Assembly: GCA_016179745.1 (NCBI GenBank)
Contig: JACPCP010000016.1
Coordinates: 10,819-74,818 of the forward strand
DNA: 64,000 nt
Reading direction: 5' to 3'
Origin: Candidatus Omnitrophota bacterium
GTDB lineage: Bacteria; Omnitrophota; Omnitrophia; Omnitrophales; JACQLI01
Both the position numbers and the translations under genes were made by a program. Within the stretch, counting starts at the first letter, position 1; every line of letters starts with the position of its first letter. This document shows, piece by piece, positions 8,784 to 17,847 of the stretch. A model generated the notes under the pieces. The model had not been told where the DNA came from. It saw only the letters and a list, made by a program, of their open reading frames with translations, and searched no databases.

Positions 8784-9194
8784 ATGAATAAGACACTTAA
8801 ATTTGCGTTGGCGGTTATTTTCTTGGCCGTTGGGATTTTGGCGTTCCGGTCGGAGGCGGCGAGTCAAATGCCCTGGGCCGTCCACACCGGCAAAAACATT
8901 GCGGTGGAAATCGATTATGGAAAGGCCCGTCCCGCCCGGACGGCCGAAGCGGTCTGGTCGAGGGGGGAGAGCGTGCTTGATATTTTGCAATCGGTGGCGA
9001 AGGTTGAGACCGAGCCCGTGGCAGGGCATCTTTTTGTGGTGTCGATTGATGAGGTCGAAGGAAAGCGGGGGGAGATGGCCTGGTATTACACCTTGGACGG
9101 CCAAAAAGCCAAAAAGCTTGCCTCTTTGCAGTCTCCTGCCGGGGTCGAGCGCATCGTCTGGAGCTATCAGCAAGACGTCTGTTCCCCGACCTAA
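8784..9194 (+). CDS. Exported DUF4430-like protein (transcobalamin beta-domain-like fold)
   Basis: Signal peptide MNKTLKFALAVIFLAVGILAFRSEA. The pattern SVLDILQ...FVVSIDEVEG...WYYTLDGQKA...IVWSY matches the DUF4430 pattern as I recall it. Confidence 0.55.
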   Translation: MNKTLKFALAVIFLAVGILAFRSEAASQMPWAVHTGKNIAVEIDYGKARPARTAEAVWSRGESVLDILQSVAKVETEPVAGHLFVVSIDEVEGKRGEMAWYYTLDGQKAKKLASLQSPAGVERIVWSYQQDVCSPT

Positions 9195-10886
9195 ATGGCG
9201 ATCATTGAACACAGGGTGACAGAGGCGGATTCTCCCGTGCACCCGCTGGGCGGAAAGGCCCGGGTCCTCCTTTCCAGTGTCTTCGGCCCCTACGCGCAGG
9301 ACGATGAATTCGGCAGCCGCAAAATCAATCCGATGGAGCTTTATCACAACCAGGTGACGAGGACCCAGGGGCCGTTTTCGCTCCGCATGTTTCACCGCTC
9401 CTGGGGGATTATGTTGATCCAATGCAATATCAGCGCGCCCTCGGCCTTGCTGGATTTTCCCACCCTCGACCGGTTCATTGAAGAAATCAAGACTCACTCC
9501 TACGACGTGGTGGGCCTCAGTGCGATTATGCCGAATCTCGGCAAGGTGCGGGAAATGTGCCGGCTCGTCCGAAAATATTTGCCCCAGGCCACAATCGTGG
9601 TCGGAGGGCATATTTCCAATATGACCAATATCCGCAACCGAATCGACGCAGATCACATTGTGCGAGGGGACGGTGTGCGCTGGTTTCGCAGCTTTTTGGG
9701 GGAAGATGTCTCTCAGCCAATCCTCCACCCGCTGATCTTCTCCGGCATCGAGACCCGGACGATGGGACTTGATGTCAGAAGGAAAAAAGGGGAAGTGGCC
9801 GCGACCTTGATCCCTTCCGTGGGTTGTCCGATGGGGTGTAATTTTTGCGCCACCTCCGCCATGTTTGGAGGAAAGGGCAAGTTCGTCAATTATTACGAGA
9901 CCGGGGACGAGCTTTTCGAAGTCATGTGCGGGCTTGAAAAAGCGATGGAGATCCGCTCCTTTTTTGTGATGGATGAAAATTTCCTCCTTCACCGCAAGCG
10001 CGCCCTCAGGGTCCTGGAATTAATGGAAGAGCACGGCAAGTCCTGGTCGCTTTACGTCTTCAGCTCGGCCCGGGTCCTTTTGTCCTACACCATCGAACAG
10101 CTCGTGGGCCTCGGGATTTCCTGGGCCTGGATGGGCCTGGAGGGGAAGCAAAGCCAATACGCCAAACTTTCGGGCGTGAACACCTTTGATCTGGTGCGTC
10201 ATTTTCATTCCCACGGAATCCGCCTCCTCGGCTCCAGTATCATCGGCCTCGAGGAGCACACGCCGGAGAATATCGATGAAGTGATCGACTATGCCGTCTC
10301 GCACGACACCGATTTCCACCAGTTCATGTTGTACACGCCGATTCCCGGCACCCCTCTCCACGCCGAGCTGGCGGCCAACCAGATCCTGTTGCCTCTGGAA
10401 GATTTTGACGAGGCGGACATTCACGGACAGCTCAAGTTCAATTACAAACACAGTCACATCAAAGAGGGGCAGGAAACGGAGTTTATCGTCCGGGCGTTTC
10501 AGCGGGACTTTGAGGTCAATGGGCCCAGCGTGCTGAGAATCGCCCGCACCACCCTCGAGGGATGGAAAAGGTATAAGAACCATCCGAACAAACGGATCCG
10601 GGACCGCTTTGCCTACGAGGCTCACGAACTCTATTTAAAATATGCCGGCTCGCTCTGGGCCGCCCAAAGGTGGTTCGAGGACAACCCGAAACTGGTCCAA
10701 AGAATCACCGCGGTCCTCGAAGACATCAAAAAGGAATTTGGATTCAAGGCGCGTCTGGCGGCCCCCCTGGCCGGGCGGGTCATTCTGCACAAGATCCGGA
10801 AAGAAGACCGCTTCCTCAAGGCGGGCGGAACGTATGAGCCGCCGACTTTCTATGAATTGAATCAACCGATGATTTCCCTGCGGTAA
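9195..10886 (+). CDS. B12-binding-domain radical SAM enzyme (class B), substrate unknown
   Basis: CPMGCNFC (CX3CX2C) cluster motif, with an upstream Rossmann-like B12 domain (VVGLSAIMP...TIVVGGHISN). The start codon directly follows the DUF4430 stop codon. Confidence 0.85.
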   Translation: MAIIEHRVTEADSPVHPLGGKARVLLSSVFGPYAQDDEFGSRKINPMELYHNQVTRTQGPFSLRMFHRSWGIMLIQCNISAPSALLDFPTLDRFIEEIKTHSYDVVGLSAIMPNLGKVREMCRLVRKYLPQATIVVGGHISNMTNIRNRIDADHIVRGDGVRWFRSFLGEDVSQPILHPLIFSGIETRTMGLDVRRKKGEVAATLIPSVGCPMGCNFCATSAMFGGKGKFVNYYETGDELFEVMCGLEKAMEIRSFFVMDENFLLHRKRALRVLELMEEHGKSWSLYVFSSARVLLSYTIEQLVGLGISWAWMGLEGKQSQYAKLSGVNTFDLVRHFHSHGIRLLGSSIIGLEEHTPENIDEVIDYAVSHDTDFHQFMLYTPIPGTPLHAELAANQILLPLEDFDEADIHGQLKFNYKHSHIKEGQETEFIVRAFQRDFEVNGPSVLRIARTTLEGWKRYKNHPNKRIRDRFAYEAHELYLKYAGSLWAAQRWFEDNPKLVQRITAVLEDIKKEFGFKARLAAPLAGRVILHKIRKEDRFLKAGGTYEPPTFYELNQPMISLR

Positions 10887-10911
10887 AAAAATAAACAGGG
10901 ACAGCGACCGG

Positions 10912-12504
10912 ATGTCCTTACCGTCCCAACCCGCCTACCTGACCCTTCACGGCCATTTCTACCAGCCGCCCCGGGAAAATCCGTGGACGGATGAAATCGA
11001 AATCCAGCCCGACGCCAAACCCTTCCACGACTGGAACGAACGGGTCCTCCACGAGTGTTATCTCCCCAACACCGTCGTTCGGATTCCCGGTTCGGCCGGA
11101 AAAGGGGTCGAGACCGTCAACAATTTCGAACTCCTCAGCTTCAATGTCGGCCCCACGCTCCTCCGCTGGCTTGAAAGAAAGCACCCGGAGGTCTATCAAA
11201 AGATTCTGGAGGCGGACCGGCAAAGCCTCGGGCAACGGGCGGGCCACGGGAATGCGATCGCCCAGGTCTACAATCACATGATTCTGCCGCTGGCCAGTGA
11301 GCGGGACCAGCGGACCCAGATCCGCTGGGGGATCTTTGATTTCAAAAAGCGATTCGGACGGGACCCGGAGGGAATGTGGCTTCCCGAGACGGCAGCCAAT
11401 GAACGCACCCTTGAGATTTTGATGGAAGAGGGAATCCGTTTTACGGTTCTGGCACCGGAACAGGCCGAAAAAATCCGTCCCCTCCCGCCAACGGAAAATT
11501 CAGGCTGGCAGGAGGTCTCCGGCGGTTCGATCGACCCCAGCCGGCCCTACCGGTTTTTCCACTCGAAGGATTCCTCAAAGTGGATCGACCTTTTCTTTTT
11601 CGATGGGCCAATCTCGAGGGATGTGAGCTTCGGCGACCTTCTCTCGGACGGCGAAAAATTTTTGAAACGGATTTTGGACGCCCGCCACCCCGAACGGTCG
11701 CATCCCGAATTGATTCACGCGGCCTGTGACGGGGAGACCTTCGGTCACCACAAAAAGTCCGGGGACGGGACCGTTTCGTTTTTACTCGCCCGCTCGGCCC
11801 GGGAGGCGGGGTTCCGGGTGACAAATTACGGGGAATATCTGGAGAAATTTCCCCCCGAGTTTGAGGTGAAGATCCAACCCGGAGAAGGGACGAGCTGGAG
11901 CTGTCCGCACGGCGTGGGGCGCTGGAAGGAAAATTGCGGCTGTCAGTCCGGAGACGGGGCGGGTTGGAACCAGAAGTGGCGCAAACCGCTTCGCCGGGCG
12001 GTCCGGTTTCTCGGGGAGAAAACAGACCTCCTTTATGAAGAGGAGGGGAGAAACTTTTTTAAGGACCCGTGGGCGGCCCGGGACGATTCCATTCAATTGA
12101 TCTTGGACGATTCGCTGGCGTCTCAAAAGGAATTCTTTGAGAAGCACGCCCCGAAACCGCTATCGAAGGAAGAGAAGATCAAGGCGCTGAAACTCCTTGA
12201 AATGGAGCGCTTTGCAATGCTGGCTGAGACGAGCTGCGGCTGGTTCTTCAACGATCTTTCCGGAATTGAAACGGTGCAAATCCTTCGCTACGCCTGCCGT
12301 TCGCTTGAATTGGCAGCCGAGTGGGGCGCCCTTCGCCTCGCCCGCCAACCTCTCGCCGCTGCGACGGGGCAAACGTGGGATTTGGGCGGGCTCGAAACAG
12401 AATTCGTCCGTCTGTTGGCAAGTGCCAAAAGCAACCGGCCCGAATACGGAGACGGACAAAAAATCTGGGAAAAGCTAGTTAAACCGGCCCGTCTGATCTG
12501 GTAA
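10912..12504 (+). CDS. Glycoside hydrolase family 57 protein (DUF3536-type alpha-glucan enzyme)
   Basis: LHGHFYQPPRENPW N-terminal signature, DGETFGHH catalytic-region motif, 530 aa. Confidence 0.85.
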   Translation: MSLPSQPAYLTLHGHFYQPPRENPWTDEIEIQPDAKPFHDWNERVLHECYLPNTVVRIPGSAGKGVETVNNFELLSFNVGPTLLRWLERKHPEVYQKILEADRQSLGQRAGHGNAIAQVYNHMILPLASERDQRTQIRWGIFDFKKRFGRDPEGMWLPETAANERTLEILMEEGIRFTVLAPEQAEKIRPLPPTENSGWQEVSGGSIDPSRPYRFFHSKDSSKWIDLFFFDGPISRDVSFGDLLSDGEKFLKRILDARHPERSHPELIHAACDGETFGHHKKSGDGTVSFLLARSAREAGFRVTNYGEYLEKFPPEFEVKIQPGEGTSWSCPHGVGRWKENCGCQSGDGAGWNQKWRKPLRRAVRFLGEKTDLLYEEEGRNFFKDPWAARDDSIQLILDDSLASQKEFFEKHAPKPLSKEEKIKALKLLEMERFAMLAETSCGWFFNDLSGIETVQILRYACRSLELAAEWGALRLARQPLAAATGQTWDLGGLETEFVRLLASAKSNRPEYGDGQKIWEKLVKPARLIW

Positions 12505-12525
12505 AATCCTAAATTCAAACTTTAC

Positions 12526-12598
12526 GCCGGCGTAGCTCAGTTGGTAGAGCAGGGGACTCATAAGCCCCGCGTCGGGGGTTCGATTCCCTCCGCCGGCA
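12526..12598 (+). tRNA. tRNA with CAU anticodon (elongator Met most likely; Ile2-lysidine not excluded)
   Basis: 73-nt cloverleaf: GCCGGCG acceptor, CTCATAA anticodon loop, T-arm GGGGG-TTCGATT-CCCTC. CCA is not encoded. An A31/G39 mismatch is noted. Confidence 0.85.
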
Positions 12599-12621
12599 CT
12601 GTATTCTTTTAAGAAATAATT

Positions 12622-12741
12622 GAGAGGAATCGAAGGGAGCCCCGCACAATGCGACGTCAAGGAGCATTGGGTTTGCGGGGCGGGGGGCCGACCTGGAGCG
12701 AGCGTTAGCGAGCGAAAGGCGCCGATTCCCTCCGCCGGCAC
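12622..12741 (+). repeat. tRNA-3'-end-linked structured repeat, copy A (antisense T-arm segment, 97-nt core, and a 19-nt copy of the tRNA-Met 3' end)
   Basis: Core 12626-12722 is 95/97 identical to 34820-34916. CGATTCCCTCCGCCGGCAC occurs at both 12581-12599 and 12723-12741. Confidence 0.75.
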
Positions 12742-12758
12742 GTCTTATTAATCAAATC

Positions 12759-13769
12759 ATGCAAGCCTTACTCTCCCGAGTCGAAGCGGCCTCCGCCAAA
12801 TATCAAATGTTCAAACCGGGCGAGCGGGTCCTCGTGGCCTGTTCCGGCGGAGCAGATTCCGTTGCCCTGTTTCATCTTTTGAAAATCCTCTGCCCCCGCT
12901 TTAAAATTCGGCTCGCCCTTCTTCATTACGACCACGCCCTCCGCCCGGCGAGCTCCAGGGATTTTCAGTTTGTCAAAGTGCTTGCCCGGAAAACAAAGAC
13001 CCCTTTTTACGGTGGCGTGAGAGACCCGGAAAAAGGGATTCTGCGAAAAGGGCTTTCTCCCGAAGAGGCGGCCCGCAGCCTGCGATACGATTTTTTTAAA
13101 TCCGTCTGCCAAAAAACCGGGATCTCAAAAATTGCCCTGGGCCACCACCGGGATGACCAGGCCGAGACCGTGCTGATGCGGATCCTCCAGGGCACCGGCC
13201 CCCGGGGGCTCCAGGGGATCCGCCCTGTAGTCAAACTGAAAGGGATGACCCTGGTCCGGCCGCTCGTGGAAATCAGCCGCCAAGAGATTCGGGAAAGCTT
13301 GAGACGGAACCGTATCCGTTTCCGGGAAGACCGCTCCAACCGGTCCCGGAAATTTTTGAGGAACCGGATCCGTCAAAGGCTTCTTCCTTTGCTGGAAAAG
13401 GAGTTTAATCCCAAAATTCGCCAGTCCCTGTGCCGGCTGGCCGAAACCACAATGAGGGAATCAGCGGGTCTGGACGATTGGACCCGGCAGCACGGAAAAA
13501 GTTTCGTCCGCTTCCGGCGAAACGGGATCCTGACCCTGGCCCGAACCCCCTTCCTTTCCCTTCCGAGCGCCCTTCAGTTCCGGGTTCTCGACCGGCTCGT
13601 GCGTCTCCTTCACCCGGCGAGCGGGCTCAGTTTCGACGCCTGGAGCCGGATTGAACAGGGACTCGGTCGGGGCCGCTTTCGAACCACCCTTCCCCAGAGA
13701 CTGGATTTGATTCTCACCCCGAAAAAACTCACGATTTCCCGAACGTTTGCCGGTCGTGGGCGAAAATGA
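12759..13769 (+). CDS. tilS: tRNA(Ile)-lysidine synthase
   Basis: PP-loop VLVACSGGADSVAL, HHRDDQAETVLMR motif, tilS-ftsH synteny. Confidence 0.9.
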   Translation: MQALLSRVEAASAKYQMFKPGERVLVACSGGADSVALFHLLKILCPRFKIRLALLHYDHALRPASSRDFQFVKVLARKTKTPFYGGVRDPEKGILRKGLSPEEAARSLRYDFFKSVCQKTGISKIALGHHRDDQAETVLMRILQGTGPRGLQGIRPVVKLKGMTLVRPLVEISRQEIRESLRRNRIRFREDRSNRSRKFLRNRIRQRLLPLLEKEFNPKIRQSLCRLAETTMRESAGLDDWTRQHGKSFVRFRRNGILTLARTPFLSLPSALQFRVLDRLVRLLHPASGLSFDAWSRIEQGLGRGRFRTTLPQRLDLILTPKKLTISRTFAGRGRK

Positions 13770-13859
13770 TACAATGCCACCGGCTGAAAGTTCCGAACTG
13801 ACCTAACTCCAGAAAAGATTTAAAGTTAAGTCATTAAGAGAAGGTGAGGTTTTGCGTTC

Positions 13860-15749
13860 ATGAAAGATGCCCAGGTCACACCCCCGCTGGCGGGAAAAAT
13901 GCCGTCCGACCCGGACCGGCGGAAGCTTGTGTTATGGCTTCTGATTCCGCTTCTTTTTTTCATGGTCCTTCAGCTTTTCGTTTTTCCCTCGCTCGAATTA
14001 AAGCACCTCTCCTACAGCGAATTCTACGAAATGGTGGAAAAAAATCCTGCCTCCGGAGAGATCGTCTCGGCCGAGCTGGTGGAGAATACGGTGCGGGGGA
14101 AACTCCGCTCGGGCGCCTACTTCCAGGTCAATATCCCCTTCAGTGATCCGGAGCTGATTCCGCTCCTCCGGCGGAACGTTCCCAACTTTACCGTCAATGT
14201 CCCCAAGACCTTCCTGGCCAACTTGATCTATTCCGTGATGCCGACGCTCCTTTTGATCTGGTTTTTCTGGTATTTCGTCTACCGGGGCGTGCAGCAGGGC
14301 GGAGGCAAGATTTTCGCCTTTGGAAAATCACGGGCCAAACTTCTTGCCCCGGGGAGAAACAAAATCACCTTTAAAGACGTGGCCGGTGTGGACGAGGCCA
14401 AGGAAGAGTTGAGGGAGATCATTGAGTTTTTGCGGGACCCCCAGCGTTATCAAAGGCTCGGGGGGCGGATTCCAAAGGGCGTTCTTCTGATGGGCCCTCC
14501 GGGTTCCGGGAAGACCCTCCTGGCGAAAGCCGTGGCCGGCGAGGCGGACGTTCCTTTTTACACGATCAGTGGTTCGGACTTTGTCGAAATGTTTGTCGGG
14601 GTGGGGGCGGCCCGGGTGCGTGATCTTTTTGAACAGGCGAAGCGATCGGCCAAGGCGGGCGGAAAAGGCGCCATTATTTTTGTGGATGAAATCGACGCCG
14701 TGGGCCGCCAGCGGTTTGCCGGAATCGGAGGCGGCCACGATGAGAGGGAGCAAACCTTGAATGCCCTCCTTTCCGAAATGGACGGATTTGATACGCAGGC
14801 GGGTGTGATTTTAATCGGCGCCACCAACCGTCCGGATGTTTTGGACCCCGCCCTGCTCCGGCCGGGCCGTTTTGACCGGACCATTGTGGTCGACCGCCCC
14901 GACGTCAGGGGCCGGGAGGCGATTCTTGAAATCCATACCCGGAATGTCAAACTTGCCAAAGATTCGGATTTGTCGAAACTGGCCCGTCAGACCCCCGGTT
15001 TTTCCGGCGCAGACCTCGCCAACCTTGTCAACGAGGCGGCGCTCCTTGCGGCCCGGCGGAACAAAGACATGGTTTTTCAGTCGGAGCTGGAGGATTCGAT
15101 CGAACGGGTGATGGCCGGTCCGGAGCGGAGAAGCCGGGTGATCTCGAAGCGGGAGAAGGAAATTGTGGCCGTCCACGAATCCGGTCACGCCCTCTTGACG
15201 CTTCTGGTGACCGGTAAGACCGACGAACTGCATAAAGTTTCCATCATCCCGAGAGGCCACGCCGCCCTCGGTTACACATTGCACCTGCCCGTGGAAGACC
15301 GGTATCTGGTGACGGAGAAGGAACTCCGGGACAAGATCACGGTGCTCCTCGGCGGCCGGGTCGCTGAAGAGCTGGTCTTCAATGAAATCACCACCGGGGC
15401 GCAAAATGATCTGGAGATCGCCACCAACTACGCCCAGCGGATGGTCTGTGAATATGGGATGTCGAAAAAGCTCGGCAACCTGACCTTCGGCAAAAAGGAC
15501 CGGGAGGTTTTTCTCGGCCGGGACCTTCTCCGGGAGAAGGACTATTCCGAAAGCACGGCGATTTTGATCGACGAGGAAGTCCGGAAGATTGTGGATGAAT
15601 GCCACGAAAAGGCAAGCCAGCTTGTCCGGATCCATCTGGAGAAACTCAAAAAACTCTCCGAGCGCCTCCTGGAAAAGGAAGTGCTCGAGGCCGAGGAAGT
15701 CAAGGCGCTGGTCGGCTTGAACGGGCCCGTGCCTCCCCCGAAACCGTGA
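13860..15749 (+). CDS. ftsH: ATP-dependent zinc metalloprotease FtsH
   Basis: Two N-terminal TM helices, Walker [12 protein letters not shown] region, HESGHAL zinc motif. Confidence 0.97.
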   Translation: MKDAQVTPPLAGKMPSDPDRRKLVLWLLIPLLFFMVLQLFVFPSLELKHLSYSEFYEMVEKNPASGEIVSAELVENTVRGKLRSGAYFQVNIPFSDPELIPLLRRNVPNFTVNVPKTFLANLIYSVMPTLLLIWFFWYFVYRGVQQGGGKIFAFGKSRAKLLAPGRNKITFKDVAGVDEAKEELREIIEFLRDPQRYQRLGGRIPKGVLLMGPPGSGKTLLAKAVAGEADVPFYTISGSDFVEMFVGVGAARVRDLFEQAKRSAKAGGKGAIIFVDEIDAVGRQRFAGIGGGHDEREQTLNALLSEMDGFDTQAGVILIGATNRPDVLDPALLRPGRFDRTIVVDRPDVRGREAILEIHTRNVKLAKDSDLSKLARQTPGFSGADLANLVNEAALLAARRNKDMVFQSELEDSIERVMAGPERRSRVISKREKEIVAVHESGHALLTLLVTGKTDELHKVSIIPRGHAALGYTLHLPVEDRYLVTEKELRDKITVLLGGRVAEELVFNEITTGAQNDLEIATNYAQRMVCEYGMSKKLGNLTFGKKDREVFLGRDLLREKDYSESTAILIDEEVRKIVDECHEKASQLVRIHLEKLKKLSERLLEKEVLEAEEVKALVGLNGPVPPPKP

Positions 15750-15772
15750 TCTGGCGATTCCGGAATCGGGAG

Positions 15773-16618
15773 ATGAGCTTCGAAAAAATCCGGGTGGCCG
15801 GGATCTTGAATGTCACGCCGGACTCCTTTTCGGACGGCGGCGAATTTTTCTCCCCGGAAAAAGCCGTCCGGCGGGCCGTGGAAATGGAAAAGGAGGGAGC
15901 GGACTTGATTGACCTTGGTGCCGAATCGACCCGCCCCGGCGCCCGGCCCGTTTCTGGGGCCGAAGAGCTGGAGCGGCTTCTTCCCGTCCTTCGGGGCCTT
16001 CGGGCGAAAGTTACCGTCCCCCTGTCCATCGACACAACCAAACCCGCCGTGGCCCGAGCCGCCCTCAAGGAAGGCGCTGAAATCATCAATGACGTGGACG
16101 GCCTCCACACCCGGGGCGAAATGGCGGAGGTTATCAGGGAATTTCAGGCCGGACTCATTCTGATGCACCGTCGGGGCACTCCCGAATCGATGCAGCAACT
16201 GACTCAATATGAAGATGTGGTTGAAGAAGTGTTTGAAGAGCTCGACCTTAGTTTCCGGGAAGTCACGGCCTCGGGCGTTCACCCTGAGCAAATTGTCCTG
16301 GATCCCGGAATCGGCTTTTCGAAACAAGCGGAGCAAAATCTCGAATTGATCGCCGGGCTGGAACGTTTTCACGCCTGGGGCCGGCCGATTCTAGTCGGGC
16401 CCTCCCGGAAATCTTTTATCGGCGCCTTGATTGGAAAACCGGCCGGGGAACGGGATTGGGGCACGGCCGGGGCCGCCGGTTTGGCCGTGGCCTACGGGGC
16501 GCACCTCGTCCGGGTGCACGCCGTGGCCGAAATGCGGGAGGTGGTCCGGGTGGCAGAGGCGATTCGGGACGCCCGTCACCATTCGCTTTGCCCGGGAGGC
16601 ACGCATGTCAGGTCATAG
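15773..16618 (+). CDS. folP: Dihydropteroate synthase
   Basis: GILNVTPDSFSDGG, DLGAESTRPG and DPGIGF motifs. The ATG at 15773 is preferred over the track start at 15599, which lies inside ftsH. Confidence 0.9.
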   Translation: MSFEKIRVAGILNVTPDSFSDGGEFFSPEKAVRRAVEMEKEGADLIDLGAESTRPGARPVSGAEELERLLPVLRGLRAKVTVPLSIDTTKPAVARAALKEGAEIINDVDGLHTRGEMAEVIREFQAGLILMHRRGTPESMQQLTQYEDVVEEVFEELDLSFREVTASGVHPEQIVLDPGIGFSKQAEQNLELIAGLERFHAWGRPILVGPSRKSFIGALIGKPAGERDWGTAGAAGLAVAYGAHLVRVHAVAEMREVVRVAEAIRDARHHSLCPGGTHVRS

Positions 16619-17351
16619 CAAGTGGGCGAGCATCAAACACAAAAAGGCCCTGGTCGACGCCAAGCGGGGGAAACTTTTCACCAAGCTGATCCGGGAAATC
16701 ATGGTGGCGGCCCGGACCGGAGGCGGCGACCCCGAATCCAATCCCCGTCTTCGAACCGCCATCAATACGGCTAAAAGCGCCAACATGCCATCCGATAATA
16801 TTGACCGGGCCGTCAAAAAGGGGACGGGCGGCCTGGAGGGCGTCAATTATGAAGAGGTCCATTACGAGGGTTACGGTCCCTACGGAATCGCCATTTACGT
16901 GCACTGCCTGACCGACAACAAAAACCGCACCGCTTCGGAAATCCGGAATATTTTTTCCAAACGGCAGGGCGCCCTGGGCGGCGCCGGGTCTGTGGCCTGG
17001 ATTTTCGAAAAGAAGGGACTCGTCGTGGTGCCGGCCGCCGAGGCCACCGAAGACCGTCTGATGGAAGTGGCGCTCCAGGCCGGGGCCGAAGACCTTTCAG
17101 CCGTCAATGATAAATTTGAAATTGTCACCGGGCCGTCATCGCTTGAGCCGGTCAAGGCGGCCCTGGAGGCGGCCCAGATTCATGCGGAATCGGTCGAGTT
17201 GACCCTGATTCCCAAGAACCAGGTCTCCCTGACCCCGGAAAAGGCCCGGGCCGTAATGAGTCTGGTGGAGGCCCTGGAAGATCACGACGACGTTCAGAAT
17301 GTCTACGCCAACTTTGAAATTCCGGATGAGATGATGAAGGAGCTGATGTAA
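16604..17351 (+). CDS. yebC: YebC/PmpR family DNA-binding regulator
   Basis: MSGHSKWASIKHKKA N-terminus. Conserved position upstream of ruvC. Confidence 0.9.
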
Positions 17352-17358
17352 GATCACC

Positions 17359-17847
17359 ATGCTGCGAGTCCTTGGCGTGGACCCCGGGACCCTGCGATTG
17401 GGCATTGGAATCCTGGACGCCGAGGGGAGCCGTTACGAGGCCGTGGCCTATGAGACGGTGAGGATTTCAAAAAAATTGGAACTGCCGAAACGGATCCAAA
17501 GGGTTCACGAGGCCGTCCTTGATTTTATCCGGCGCTACCAGCCGGCTGTCATGGCGCTTGAGAATGTGTTTTTCGGCAAGGACGTCCGGGCCCTTGTGAA
17601 GATGGGCGAGGCCAGGGCCTCTGCGATTCTGGCGGCGGAGGAATCCGGGGTTCCGGTGGTCGAATACCCGCCGGCCCGGGTGAAACAGGCGGTTTCGGGA
17701 AACGGGCGGGCCAGTAAAATTCAAATCCAACAGATGATGAAACACCTGCTTCGGTTGAAGGAGCTGCCGCCGCCCGACTCGGCGGACGCCCTGGCCGTCG
17801 CCCTGTGTCATTTGCAAACAAACCGTGTACGAATTCCTGTCCGGTAA
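17359..17847 (+). CDS. ruvC: Holliday junction resolvase RuvC
   Basis: LGVDPGTLRLGIGIL (catalytic Asp), ENVFFGKD, and DSADALAVALCH at the C-terminus. Confidence 0.9.
   Translation: MLRVLGVDPGTLRLGIGILDAEGSRYEAVAYETVRISKKLELPKRIQRVHEAVLDFIRRYQPAVMALENVFFGKDVRALVKMGEARASAILAAEESGVPVVEYPPARVKQAVSGNGRASKIQIQQMMKHLLRLKELPPPDSADALAVALCHLQTNRVRIPVR

Noticed and set aside
8307-9992. A 561-aa ORF on the minus strand, with similar long antisense ORFs at 4156-5355, 20648-21670, 23925-24899, 25283-26233, 28423-29823, 36995-37837, 42425-43573, 45796-47406, 48699-50444 and 60355-61263.
   Set aside because: Each lies exactly antisense to a + strand gene with unmistakable family motifs (rSAM, rsmI/purN, cdaR, lptF/G, aguB, nusG, rpoB, rpoC, fusA, secY). 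Their translations are Arg/Gly/Pro-rich low-complexity strings typical of shadow ORFs in GC-rich coding DNA.
12600-12741. A CRISPR array, attC site or simple integrase attL/attR scar as the explanation for the tRNA-linked repeats.
   Set aside because: Only two copies exist, 22 kb apart, so there is no repeat-spacer periodicity. An integrase crossover within the shared 11 nt would place one common element-derived acceptor sequence at both loci, whereas both flanking copies are host-tRNA-specific.
12475-12741. ORFs covering tRNA and repeat sequence: 12475-12741 (-), 34658-34861 (-) and 34850-35062 (+).
   Set aside because: They run through tRNA genes and the non-coding repeat. Their similarity to each other simply reflects the DNA repeat. 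No RBS or coding signal is present.
13844-14146. An alternative-frame 100-aa ORF at the ftsH 5' end.
   Set aside because: It is out of frame with the clearly conserved FtsH protein starting at 13860, and its sequence has no motifs.
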